NCBI GenBank assembly: GCA_040770465.1
Contig: JAXGJB010000002.1
Span: 32,001 to 96,000 of the forward strand
DNA length: 64,000 bases
Direction: 5' to 3'
Source of the DNA: Methanothrix sp.
Lineage (GTDB): Archaea > Halobacteriota > Methanosarcinia > Methanotrichales > Methanotrichaceae
Part shown: piece after piece, positions 24,529-33,564 of the stretch
How positions within the stretch are numbered: the stretch's first letter is position 1
Layout: the number at the start of each line of letters is the position of its first letter
Made by a program: the position numbers and the translations under genes
The notes under the pieces: model-generated
What the model saw: only the letters and a program-made list of their open reading frames with translations
Database searches by the model: none
What the model was told of the DNA's origin: nothing

Positions 24529-24840
24529 TCAGTCGTACTCTCTCCAGGTGAAATTGCATTTCGTGCATCTGAAGAAGCGGACTTCACTCTCGTCGGCGGA
24601 TCGCAGCTGCCGCAGCCACCAGTAAGCGGTATCGTTCCCGCACTCGGGGCACTTGGACTTGGTGGTGGGAAGCCCCGCAGCCTCCGAATCCTCGATCACC
24701 GTCATGGTGCGCTCTTTCTGCTCGGTCTTGCTGACGAGGTTGTCGCTCTTCTTCATCTCAACCTTCTTGCCGCACCTTCTGCAGACCAGCACGCCCTCCG
24801 ACGGCACCATAATGCTCTTACAATCGGGACAAAACTCCAT
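24529..24840 (-). CDS. tfs: Transcription factor S (TFS)
   Basis: FCPDC..CRRC and CPECGN..QLRSADESEVRFFRCTKC Zn ribbons with catalytic DE. Confidence 0.96.
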   Translation of the reverse strand: MEFCPDCKSIMVPSEGVLVCRRCGKKVEMKKSDNLVSKTEQKERTMTVIEDSEAAGLPTTKSKCPECGNDTAYWWLRQLRSADESEVRFFRCTKCNFTWREYD

Positions 24841-24941
24841 CAGATGACGAGTACTCACTCGTCATATTAAAGTTTACCAGTTGAGTAAAGGTGTATGATG
24901 ATGAGGAGAGCCACCCGAGCGGCTCCAACTCTGAGGTGATC

Positions 24942-25598
24942 ATGAGCACTGCATTGAACGTAATCTGTGAGAACAGGCCCGGGGTGCTGCGGGACATAGC
25001 CGGGGTCGTCGCCAGCCTCGGCGGGAACATCGAGTACACCCAGCAGTTCGTCCTGGAACGGGGCGTGAACATCGGGAAGGCCACCGTCTACATGGAGATC
25101 GACCAGCTGGCCGCTGGGATGGTGGAGGACCTGGAGTCGCTCCCCTCGGTGATGGAGGTCTCCGTCCACCAGTCCTTCGAGAAGATCTACGGCTCCAGGG
25201 TGATCATCATCGGGGGCGGCGCCCAGGTCGCCCAGGCGGCCGTCGGGGCCGTCAACGAGGCCGACCGCCACAACCTCCGGGGGGAGAGGATCAGCGTCGA
25301 CACCATCCCCCTGGTGGGGGAAGACCCCATCGCCGACGCCGTCAACGCCGTGGGCCGTCTCCACCGGGCCTCGGTACTGGTCCTGGCTGGAGCCCTGATG
25401 GGCGGCAGGATCTCCGAAGAGGTCCAGAGGCTCCAGGAAGAGGGGATCCCGGTGATCGCCCTCAAGATGGCGGGATCGGTACCCAGCTACGCAGACCTGG
25501 TGGTGACCGACCCCATCCAGGCCGGGACCTTCGCGGTGATGCACGTCGCCAAGACCGCGATCTTCGACATAAAAAGGGTCCAAGGGATGGAGTTCTGA
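24942..25598 (+). CDS. ACT-domain methanogen protein (DUF5612/EhbQ-like)
   Basis: ENRPGVLRDI ACT motif; IIIGGGAQVAQ, EADRHNLRGERISVDTIP, DPIQAG; GAGGTGA RBS. Confidence 0.85.
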   Translation: MSTALNVICENRPGVLRDIAGVVASLGGNIEYTQQFVLERGVNIGKATVYMEIDQLAAGMVEDLESLPSVMEVSVHQSFEKIYGSRVIIIGGGAQVAQAAVGAVNEADRHNLRGERISVDTIPLVGEDPIADAVNAVGRLHRASVLVLAGALMGGRISEEVQRLQEEGIPVIALKMAGSVPSYADLVVTDPIQAGTFAVMHVAKTAIFDIKRVQGMEF

Positions 25599-25699
25599 GA
25601 TCGCTTGGAAAGGACGGATCGTGAGCTCGGATCGGCAGAGGCCCGGATCGGCACGAAGATGACGGTGGCGTCCGACGGCCGGATTCGGAGGCGGCGGGC

Positions 25700-25951
25700 T
25701 TATCCCCGGAGCCCCATCGCCTCAAGATCCCTGACGGCATCGCCGTCGAATAGCTCGTCCACGGTGTAAAAGTCGTCCCCGACCATCAGGACGGGGGCGC
25801 TGAGGGTGAAGACCCCGTTGACCCGAAGCTCCGTCAGGGCCTCCGCGGTGGCCATATCCACCGTCTCGAACTCGACCCCCCAGCCGTTAAGAACCCTCTT
25901 CACCTGCTCGCACCGGGGACAGTCGGATGTGGTGTAAACGACGTACTTCAA
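25700..25951 (-). CDS. Glutaredoxin family protein
   Basis: YTTSDCPRC and cis-Pro motif SAPVL; TTG start after GAGGGTGA. Confidence 0.85.
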   Translation of the reverse strand: MKYVVYTTSDCPRCEQVKRVLNGWGVEFETVDMATAEALTELRVNGVFTLSAPVLMVGDDFYTVDELFDGDAVRDLEAMGLRG

Positions 25952-26026
25952 AGGCAGATCACCCCTCAATATTCTTCTTATTTCCTCGCCCCATCGATTT
26001 CTCATTTCCTCGCCGAAGGGCGCGTT

Positions 26027-26362
26027 TCACCTCAGCACCATCGGATAGCCCTTCTCCGAACGGACGGCGTACCCCTCTTCGACGGCCCTGTCCGCGCAAT
26101 CCCGGCAGCATGAGAAGTTGGTGAGGTAGGTCACCCCTGCCATCTCGTGCTCGAAGATGTTGTTGCAGCTGAGCCCCATGATCCGTCGGCAGTCGAGGCC
26201 TCTGCAGAACTCGTGGTCGTCTGCCACCATCGGAAACTCGTCCTCAAACCAGATCTTCGGCAAAAGGACCGGGAGTATCGCCATGTCCATGCCGCATCCA
26301 CAGGGCCCGTAGGTGTCCTCGGGCCCGTCGTAGACGATGGCCCTCTCGATCTTATATTCCAT
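26027..26362 (-). CDS. Hypothetical cysteine-rich protein (8 Cys)
   Basis: Clean ORF with native codon usage; CGC, CxxxxC, CCxxC. Confidence 0.7.
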   Translation of the reverse strand: MEYKIERAIVYDGPEDTYGPCGCGMDMAILPVLLPKIWFEDEFPMVADDHEFCRGLDCRRIMGLSCNNIFEHEMAGVTYLTNFSCCRDCADRAVEEGYAVRSEKGYPMVLR

Positions 26363-26765
26363 ATTCCGCCACCCCGAGCGGATCTCCCGCTCATCCGGAA
26401 AAGGGTCGCGAGACCTAAATAACCTTTCTCATCTTTAGGACGGATCGAGGATATCGTCAGCCCTAAAAAAGCCAGCCGGCACCGGAGGTCGGGCAGGACC
26501 TGACCGTCAACCCGTCAACCTACCATATCGGACGAGGTCTTCTCGCGATGAAAATAAAGTTTCATTGGTGGATTTTTGACATAAGATGCCTATATCTCCC
26601 TTTTTCTTCGATTATTCTGTATAATACTGCATTCGAGTTTACGAAAATTATATATAGTGACCTGTTGGACAACTCAGAGTCGATTAGGCTCTTTAGTCGG
26701 AGAATAAGCGGGTTAAATCCTTTTTCTGACTGTCAGAGCCGGATTTTGGGAGGAGAGGAGATCAA

Positions 26766-26999
26766 ATGGCGATACTTCCGGTGGCACCGGTCAGCAGGCT
26801 CATCCGCGAGGCGGGGGCGAAACGGGTAAGCGAGGGCGCGAGGGACGCCCTGGCAGAAATTTTGGAGAGCTACGGGATGGAGGTGGCCGAAGAGGCCGTC
26901 GAATGGGCAAACCACGCCAAGCGAAAGACGGTGAAGGCCGAGGACATCCGTGAGGCGGTCAAGAGGGTCCGGCCTCCTCGGGCGCCCGGAACCGACTGA
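26766..26999 (+). CDS. Archaeal histone (HMf family)
   Basis: LPVAPVSRLIR..GAKRVS, HAKRKTVKAEDI; strong purine-rich RBS; TATA near 26645-26657. Confidence 0.95.
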   Translation: MAILPVAPVSRLIREAGAKRVSEGARDALAEILESYGMEVAEEAVEWANHAKRKTVKAEDIREAVKRVRPPRAPGTD

Positions 27000-27039
27000 G
27001 GCAGATATTATTTAACCCTGGAGGTAAGGTCGTCTCTTC

Positions 27040-28932
27040 ATGCCTGAAAGCTTAGACTACGCCTCCCTGGGTCTGGTGTGCGGGATCGAGATCCATCAGC
27101 AGCTCGATACCGCAGCCAAGCTGTTTTGCGGCTGTCCTACGAGGATTAGAGACGCGGAGGAGTCGGACCATCAGTTCTTCAGGTACCTGCGACCGGCGCG
27201 AAGCGAGCTTGGCGAGATCGACAGGGCCGCCCTGGAAGAGGTTCTGGTCACCCGGAAGTTCATTTACAAATCGTATGATTCCACCTGCCTCGTTGAGGCG
27301 GACGAGGAGCCCCCTAGCGTTCTGAACCGCGAAGCTCTGGAGATCGGGCTGGTCGTCTCGCGGCTCCTCAATATGCAGATCGCAGACGAAGTTCACACCA
27401 TGAGGAAGATCGTCATCGACGGCTCCAACACCTCGGGGTTCCAGAGGACCGCCTACGTTGCCTCCCACGGCTCCATCGACACCTCCTGCGGCAAGGTGGG
27501 GATGGAGACGATCTGTCTTGAGGAGGAGGCGGCGAGGATCATCGACGACCGGGGCGATGAGGTCGTCTACTCCCTCGACCGGCTTGGGATACCCCTCGTC
27601 GAGATCTGTACGTCCCCCGACGTCGTCTCCCCCCATCACGCCCGGGAGGTGGCCCAGAGGCTCGGGATGATCCTCCGGTCCACCGGCAGGGTGAAGAGGG
27701 GCCTTGGGACGATCCGCCAGGACGTCAACGTCTCCATCAGAGACGGGGCGAGGGTCGAGATAAAGGGCGTCCAAGACCTGAACCTGATCGAGACGATCGT
27801 CGCGGTGGAGGCGAATAGGCAGCACCTCCTCCTGGAGATCAGAGATGAGCTTCTCGGTCGGAAAGCTCAGGTCTCGGACCGGGTGGCCGACGTCACCGAT
27901 ATCTTCGCTCCAACCGAGTCGAAGGTGATCAAGGCGGCTCTCAAGAGGGGTGGCGTCGTTCTGGCGGTGACCCTCGCGGGCTTTGCGGGGCTTGTGGGGA
28001 CGGAGATCCAGCCGGGACGGCGGCTCGGCTCTGAGATCTCAGACCGGGCCAAGAGGGCGGGGGTTGGCGGGATCTTCCACTCCGACGAGCTTCCCGCCTA
28101 CGGCATCACCCAGGAAGAGGTGGAGGCGGTTCGGGCCGAGCTTGGGGCCCGCGACGGTGACTGCGTGGCGATGGTGGCCGCCCCAAAGGATCGGGCCGAG
28201 GCGGCGATGAAGGCGGTCATCGATAGGGCGAAGGAGGCCCTGGTCGGGGTCCCCGAGGAGACGAGAAAGGCCCTACCCGAGGGGACGAGCGAGTACATGA
28301 GGCCCCTTCCGGGGTCCGCGCGGATGTACCCGGAGACGGACGTTCCGCCGGTGGTGGTGGCTCCAGAGTATGTTTCCTCCCTCGAACTGCCGGAGATCTT
28401 CGACGAGAGGGCGGCGCGGTTCGAGAAGGATTACGGGCTGAACCGCGAGTTTGCGGGGCTGATGGCCGCATCGCCAAACTACCAGCTCTTCGAGGATGCC
28501 GTGAGAGATCTCTCCCTTCCCCCGGCCCTGGTGGTGAGAACCATCGAGATGATACCCCGGGAGCTGGCTCGGGATGGGGTTGCGGTCTCGAACCTGACCG
28601 AAGATCGCTACCTGGGCGCCCTCTCCCTCCTCGCCGAGGAGGGTGTGGCCAAGGAGGGGATCCCTCAGCTCCTGGAGACGATGGCGATGAATCCGGGGCT
28701 CTCGGCATCGGAGGCCGCGAAGGCCGCGGGACTTTTGGGCGTCGACAAGACAGGCGTCGAAGAGGTAGTGGCCGGGATCGTCGCCGAGAAGGAGGCCTTC
28801 GTCAGAGAGAGGGGCGAGGCGGCCCTGGGACCCCTGATGGGCCTCGCCATGAAGGAGCTTCGGGGGAAGGCCGACGGAGCCCTGATCAGCGCGGTGCTGA
28901 AGCGAGAGATCGATCGGATTCTGGCGGATTAA
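27040..28932 (+). CDS. gatE: Glu-tRNA(Gln) amidotransferase subunit E
   Basis: GIEIHQQL..KLFC, MRKIVIDGSNTSGFQRT, LDRLGIPLVEI, GIFHSDELP, RPLPGSARMYPETD. Confidence 0.97.
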   Translation: MPESLDYASLGLVCGIEIHQQLDTAAKLFCGCPTRIRDAEESDHQFFRYLRPARSELGEIDRAALEEVLVTRKFIYKSYDSTCLVEADEEPPSVLNREALEIGLVVSRLLNMQIADEVHTMRKIVIDGSNTSGFQRTAYVASHGSIDTSCGKVGMETICLEEEAARIIDDRGDEVVYSLDRLGIPLVEICTSPDVVSPHHAREVAQRLGMILRSTGRVKRGLGTIRQDVNVSIRDGARVEIKGVQDLNLIETIVAVEANRQHLLLEIRDELLGRKAQVSDRVADVTDIFAPTESKVIKAALKRGGVVLAVTLAGFAGLVGTEIQPGRRLGSEISDRAKRAGVGGIFHSDELPAYGITQEEVEAVRAELGARDGDCVAMVAAPKDRAEAAMKAVIDRAKEALVGVPEETRKALPEGTSEYMRPLPGSARMYPETDVPPVVVAPEYVSSLELPEIFDERAARFEKDYGLNREFAGLMAASPNYQLFEDAVRDLSLPPALVVRTIEMIPRELARDGVAVSNLTEDRYLGALSLLAEEGVAKEGIPQLLETMAMNPGLSASEAAKAAGLLGVDKTGVEEVVAGIVAEKEAFVRERGEAALGPLMGLAMKELRGKADGALISAVLKREIDRILAD

Positions 28933-28990
28933 GTCCGCCAGAGTCTCCGAACTCGTCGTCGAGTTCGGGGCGGGGAACCTTATTTATTTC
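28922..28990 (+). terminator. Two tandem hairpins plus T tract after gatE
   Basis: TGGCGGA/TCCGCCA (28922-28940) and CCGAACTCG/CGAGTTCGG (28947-28968), then TTATTTATTT. Confidence 0.65.
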
Positions 28991-29049
28991 TGACCGGGCC
29001 AACTACTATTTTGTTTGAAGAGATCAGTAGGCCGTTGGAGGCTTGAGGT

Positions 29050-30177
29050 ATGAAACGGGAAATGCTTCTCTGGGACGAGACGATCTTCAAGGACCGGGAG
29101 GTCCTGGAGTTCGACCACCTGCCCGAGCACTTCTCTCACCGGGAGTCTCAGATGGAGTCCCTCAAGTTCTGCGTCCGCCCCGCCTTTGCGGGGGGCCGTC
29201 CCGTCAGCGCCCTCTGTCTCGGCCCCCCGGGGACCGGGAAGACGACGTCGATCTTCAAGCTCTTTTCCGAGATCGAGGCCCACTCCTCGAAGGTGGTCCC
29301 CGTCCACGTCAACTGCCAGATGGACCACACTCGACACGCCATATTCCTGCGGATCTACAGCAAGCTCCTCGGCCACTCGCCCCCGTCAAGCGGCGTCTCC
29401 TTCAAGAGGGTCCTGGAGAGGATCGCGAAGACCCTGGCCAAAGAGAACCGGGTCCTGGTGGTGGCCCTCGACGACGTCAACTACCTCTTCCCCGAGAAGG
29501 AGGTGGACCGGGTCCTCTACACCCTCCTCCGGGCTCACGAGACCTTCCCCGGTTTCCGGGCCGGGGTGATCGCCATCCTCAGCGAGCCGGCCTTAAACTA
29601 CGTCTTCGATCCGAGGGTGGGGTCGGTCTTCCAGGCCGAGGAGGTGAGCTTCCCCCTCTACTCGATCGGGGAGATACGAGACATCCTGAAACGACGGGCT
29701 GATCTGGGCTATTATCCCGGCGTCGTATCCGACGAGATCATCGATCTCGTCTCCGACCTCACCGAGCGGGCCGGGGACCTCCGGGTCGGGATCGACCTCT
29801 TAAAGAGGGCGGGGATGGAGGCGGAGAGGAGGGCCTCAAGGACGATATCAATAGAGGACGTCGAGAGGGCCTACGAGAGGTCGAGGCTCGTCCACCTCTC
29901 AAGCGCCCTCAAGCCCCTCCGGGATGACGAGCTTATCCTCCTCCGGCTCGCGGCGGAGATGGAGACCTCGAAGGCCGGAGATCTCTACGAGAAGTTCAAA
30001 GAAGCCACCGGCGCTGGCTACACCCGGTTTCACGAGATTCTGAACAAGCTGGACGCCGCAAGGCTCGTGGACACCGACTTCAGCGGACCGGGCCACCGGG
30101 GGAGGTCCAGGGTCGTCCGGATCAGGTACGACCCGAAAGAGGTGCTGGATAGGATAAAGCCGAAGGATAATCCATAG
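29050..30177 (+). CDS. cdc6: ORC1/Cdc6-type replication initiator protein
   Basis: Walker A GPPGTGKT, Walker B VVALDD, GDLRVGIDLL, C-terminal winged helix. Confidence 0.93.
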   Translation: MKREMLLWDETIFKDREVLEFDHLPEHFSHRESQMESLKFCVRPAFAGGRPVSALCLGPPGTGKTTSIFKLFSEIEAHSSKVVPVHVNCQMDHTRHAIFLRIYSKLLGHSPPSSGVSFKRVLERIAKTLAKENRVLVVALDDVNYLFPEKEVDRVLYTLLRAHETFPGFRAGVIAILSEPALNYVFDPRVGSVFQAEEVSFPLYSIGEIRDILKRRADLGYYPGVVSDEIIDLVSDLTERAGDLRVGIDLLKRAGMEAERRASRTISIEDVERAYERSRLVHLSSALKPLRDDELILLRLAAEMETSKAGDLYEKFKEATGAGYTRFHEILNKLDAARLVDTDFSGPGHRGRSRVVRIRYDPKEVLDRIKPKDNP

Positions 30178-30301
30178 ACGGCGCTCCAGACCGCTGGAGT
30201 ATATAGGGTATATATTGTACGATTTGTAATTCGGAGTAATACCTTCTATTTATCCTATTGTGATTAATTTTATAATTGATACATGTAAGCAGGGGTATCT
30301 G

Positions 30302-31165
30302 ATGAATAGACAGTTACTCGCCTTTTTAGTCGCCGTTCTGGCGATAGGATCGATCCTGGTATTCTCAGGATGCGTCGACCAGAAGGAAGAGGGCGCGCCC
30401 GCTGTGGAAGCGGCTGCCGTCACCGTCGCCGGGTCCACCACGGTGATGCCCCTTGCCGAGGCCTCTGCTGAGGAGTTCAACAAAGTTCAGTCGGACGTCC
30501 GCGTCTCCGTCACCGGCGGAGGTTCCGGGGTTGGGATCAAGAACGTCGCCGAGGGGCTTGCGGATATCGCCATGGCCTCGCGGCAGGTGAAGCCCGAGGA
30601 GATCGCCGCCTACGGCGACAGGTTCGAGGAGTATCTCGTCGCCTACGACGCCATCGCCGTCGTCGTCAGCCAGCCGATCTATGAGGCAGGCGTCACCGAG
30701 CTGTCTCAGGATCAGGTGAGGGCGATCTACAGCGGCGAGGTCTCCAACTGGAAGGATCTGGGCGGCCCCGACGAGCCGATCTACGTGGCCGCTCGGGAGG
30801 TCGGCTCCGGGACGAGAGACACCTTCAACGAGATGGTTATGGGAAGCGTTGAGGCCGAGACCCTGGGGGTCACAACGTACCACGGCAGCAACGCCGAGGT
30901 GAAGACCGCCGTCACCAGCAGCGATAAGGCCATCGGTTACGTCGGGATGAACTACATCGAGGGCGGGGCCCTCCGGGCGGTGGCCTACGATGGGGTCATG
31001 CCATCAGCAGAGACGATAAAGGACGGTTCATACCCGCTATCGAGGTCTCTCAACTTCTATACCTTCGGCGATCCGGGCCCTGACGCCGAAACGTTCATCG
31101 AGTTCGTCCTGAGCGACGAAGGGCAGAAGATCGTTGAAGAATCCGGATTCGTCCCGATCTGGTGA
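30302..31165 (+). CDS. pstS: Phosphate ABC transporter substrate-binding lipoprotein
   Basis: Lipobox FSGC, AGSTTVMP, GGGSGVG, REVGSGTR, YPLSR. Confidence 0.95.
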   Translation: MNRQLLAFLVAVLAIGSILVFSGCVDQKEEGAPAVEAAAVTVAGSTTVMPLAEASAEEFNKVQSDVRVSVTGGGSGVGIKNVAEGLADIAMASRQVKPEEIAAYGDRFEEYLVAYDAIAVVVSQPIYEAGVTELSQDQVRAIYSGEVSNWKDLGGPDEPIYVAAREVGSGTRDTFNEMVMGSVEAETLGVTTYHGSNAEVKTAVTSSDKAIGYVGMNYIEGGALRAVAYDGVMPSAETIKDGSYPLSRSLNFYTFGDPGPDAETFIEFVLSDEGQKIVEESGFVPIW

Positions 31166-31314
31166 AGCAGGAATAAGAAAGGATATCGAGTTGCTCCGGC
31201 ATTGAAGAGCCAGAGCAACTATTTTCTTCGAAATTCGGCGTGGTGGATATATAGCTGTACCTGCCCTATATAGAGAATATAGATAAGTGCTTTAAGCGAT
31301 GAAAGGACGGTCAG

Positions 31315-32241
31315 ATGAATAGCATGGCTCTTCCAGGGAAACGTGATCTTTGGCGGTCTCGGCGATACGGCGAAGGCGTTGTTGAATCCCTCCTCTTCTT
31401 CTCCGCCATCACCTCGATCTTGGCCATGGTCTTGATCTTTTACTTCCTCACCTTCGAGAGCTTCCTCGCCTTCAGGGAGGTGGGGATCTTCGATATGCTC
31501 CTGGGTCAGAAGTGGCACCCTGCTGGGGATATCTTCGGAATGGCTCCGATCATCGTCGGCTCGGTCCTCATCACCCTCGTCGCCCTCTTCATAAACATCC
31601 TGGTGGGCGTGCCCCTGGCGATCTACCTCTCGGAGCTGGCTGGTCCCTGGTCCCGGGAGCTTCTGAAGCCCTCCATCGAGCTTTTGGCCGGGGTTCCCTC
31701 CATCGTCTACGGATTTCTGGGGGTTCTGGTTCTGGTGGTCTACCTCGAGGGGAGCTTCGATATGTTGACGGGTCGGTCGATTCTGGCTGGAGCGATCCTC
31801 CTGGGGATCATGTTCATCCCGGCTCTGACGACTATATGTGAGGACGCCCTCAGGGCCGTCCCCAAGGAGTTCAAGGAGGGGTCTCTCGCCCTTGGAGCCA
31901 CCCACTGGCAGACGGTCCGGAATGTCACCCTCCCCGCCGCCTCCTCGGGGATCATCGCCGCCGTGATACTGAACGTGGGCAGGATCATCGGTGAGACGAT
32001 GGCCGCCCTCCTGGTGGTGGGAAACGTCGCCCGCCTCCCGTCGCCGGTCTTCGACGTCTTCGATCGGGGCGCCATCTTCACCTCGGTGATCGCCGGCGAG
32101 ATGGGGGAGGTGGCCCACGGATCGATGCACTATCACGCCCTCTTCGCGGTGGGTTTCGTCCTCCTGGTTATCGTCACCGTCATCAACATATCGGCGGACC
32201 TGGTCAGGGCTGCGATCCAGAAGAGGTTTGGGGGGTACTGA
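31315..32241 (+). CDS. pstC: Phosphate ABC transporter permease PstC
   Basis: ELLAGVPSIVYG, EAA loop EGSLALGATHWQT, GETMA. Confidence 0.95.
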   Translation: MNSMALPGKRDLWRSRRYGEGVVESLLFFSAITSILAMVLIFYFLTFESFLAFREVGIFDMLLGQKWHPAGDIFGMAPIIVGSVLITLVALFINILVGVPLAIYLSELAGPWSRELLKPSIELLAGVPSIVYGFLGVLVLVVYLEGSFDMLTGRSILAGAILLGIMFIPALTTICEDALRAVPKEFKEGSLALGATHWQTVRNVTLPAASSGIIAAVILNVGRIIGETMAALLVVGNVARLPSPVFDVFDRGAIFTSVIAGEMGEVAHGSMHYHALFAVGFVLLVIVTVINISADLVRAAIQKRFGGY

Positions 32242-32242
32242 G

Positions 32243-33517
32243 ATGAAGAAGATAAGGCCCGCACCTCTTTCTTCGCTCGTTGTGGCCCTATTTTTGCTGT
32301 CGTCTTCGCTTTACTACCTGGTTGTCCAGCCGGGAGATATCCCCCTGGTCCCCTTCTGGGAGGGGGGGCTTCTGGTCTGTCTCGTTCTTATAACCGCCTC
32401 TGCCCTCGCCCTCCGCAGGGAGGAGGCCGACGGGAAGGCCGTCGTCTGGCCCTTCGGCAGGCTTTTGCCTCTGGCGGCGGACCTCGCCTATTCTCTTGTG
32501 GTCTTCCTTCTGATCTATTCGGCTCGGGTCCGGCCGGGCCTGGAGATTGAGCTTCTGGATCTGAGCGCCGTATTCACCTACAAGATCGTGCTGCCTTTCC
32601 TCGTCTTTCTTGCGAGCTTCCTTGCGATAAAAGACTCCATCAACCTCCTTTACGGCTACAGCACCCGGGGTAGGGAGGTTTTAGTCTTCTCGATGGTCCG
32701 GCTCTCGGCGGTCTTCACCCTCCTCCTCTTGGGCGGGATCATCTCCGTCATACTGTTTCGGGGGATCGGGGCCATAAGCTGGGAGTTTCTAACCCAGCCC
32801 CACTATCGGCTCGGCACCGAGGGCGGGATCAGCACCTGTATCCAGGGGACCTTCTGGCTGGTGATGGGGGCGATGCTGATATCGGCTCCTCTGGGGATCG
32901 GGGCCGCCATCTACCTCAACGAGTACTCCAAGCACTCGGGGCTGAAGCGGGTCGTCACCATAGCCGTGGGCTGTCTCAACGGCGTCCCCTCGGTGGTCTA
33001 CGGCCTCTTCGGCCTCGCCTTTCTGGTGGCGACCTTCGGCCTCTCCCTTCTGGCGGGGTCGATCATCCTGGGGCTGATGAACCTGCCCACCATAATCCTC
33101 ACCAGCCAGGAGGCGCTGAAGAGCGTTCCAAACTCCCTGCGGGAGGGGAGCGTTGCCCTCGGCGCCACCCGGTGGCAGACGATAAAGAAGGTGGTGATCC
33201 CCTCGGCCATGCCCGGAGTTCTGACGGGCCTGATCATCGGGGTCGCTCGCGCCGCCGGGGAGACGGCTCCCATCATGTGGACCGCCGTCACCTTCTCTGC
33301 CACCCCCGTCCACATGTTCTACGGCGTCGTCCCCGACGTCACCCAGCCCGTCAACAACCTCTGCTACCACCTCCTCAACCTGATATACTTCCTGGGGGCC
33401 TGGGACGTCGAGGAGAAGGCCTGGGGGACGGCCCTGGTCCTTCTGGCCCTCGTCCTCTCCATCAACATGGTGGCGATCCTGGTGCGAAACCACTATCGAA
33501 AGAAAGTCGTATGGTGA
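32243..33517 (+). CDS. pstA: Phosphate ABC transporter permease PstA with extra N-terminal TM segments
   Basis: AIYLNEY, GVPSVVYGLFG, EGSVALGATRWQT, RAAGETAP. Confidence 0.93.
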   Translation: MKKIRPAPLSSLVVALFLLSSSLYYLVVQPGDIPLVPFWEGGLLVCLVLITASALALRREEADGKAVVWPFGRLLPLAADLAYSLVVFLLIYSARVRPGLEIELLDLSAVFTYKIVLPFLVFLASFLAIKDSINLLYGYSTRGREVLVFSMVRLSAVFTLLLLGGIISVILFRGIGAISWEFLTQPHYRLGTEGGISTCIQGTFWLVMGAMLISAPLGIGAAIYLNEYSKHSGLKRVVTIAVGCLNGVPSVVYGLFGLAFLVATFGLSLLAGSIILGLMNLPTIILTSQEALKSVPNSLREGSVALGATRWQTIKKVVIPSAMPGVLTGLIIGVARAAGETAPIMWTAVTFSATPVHMFYGVVPDVTQPVNNLCYHLLNLIYFLGAWDVEEKAWGTALVLLALVLSINMVAILVRNHYRKKVVW

Positions 33518-33564
33518 GCCGCCGCCCCACAACTTTTATCATTTGCGGGATCTAAAGGTCTCCC

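Noticed and set aside
28933-30300. Replication origin next to cdc6
   Set aside because: No repeated ORB consensus (TCCAGTGGAAA plus G-string) on either side; CTCCAG..CTGGAG at about 30184-30199 is a single short palindrome.
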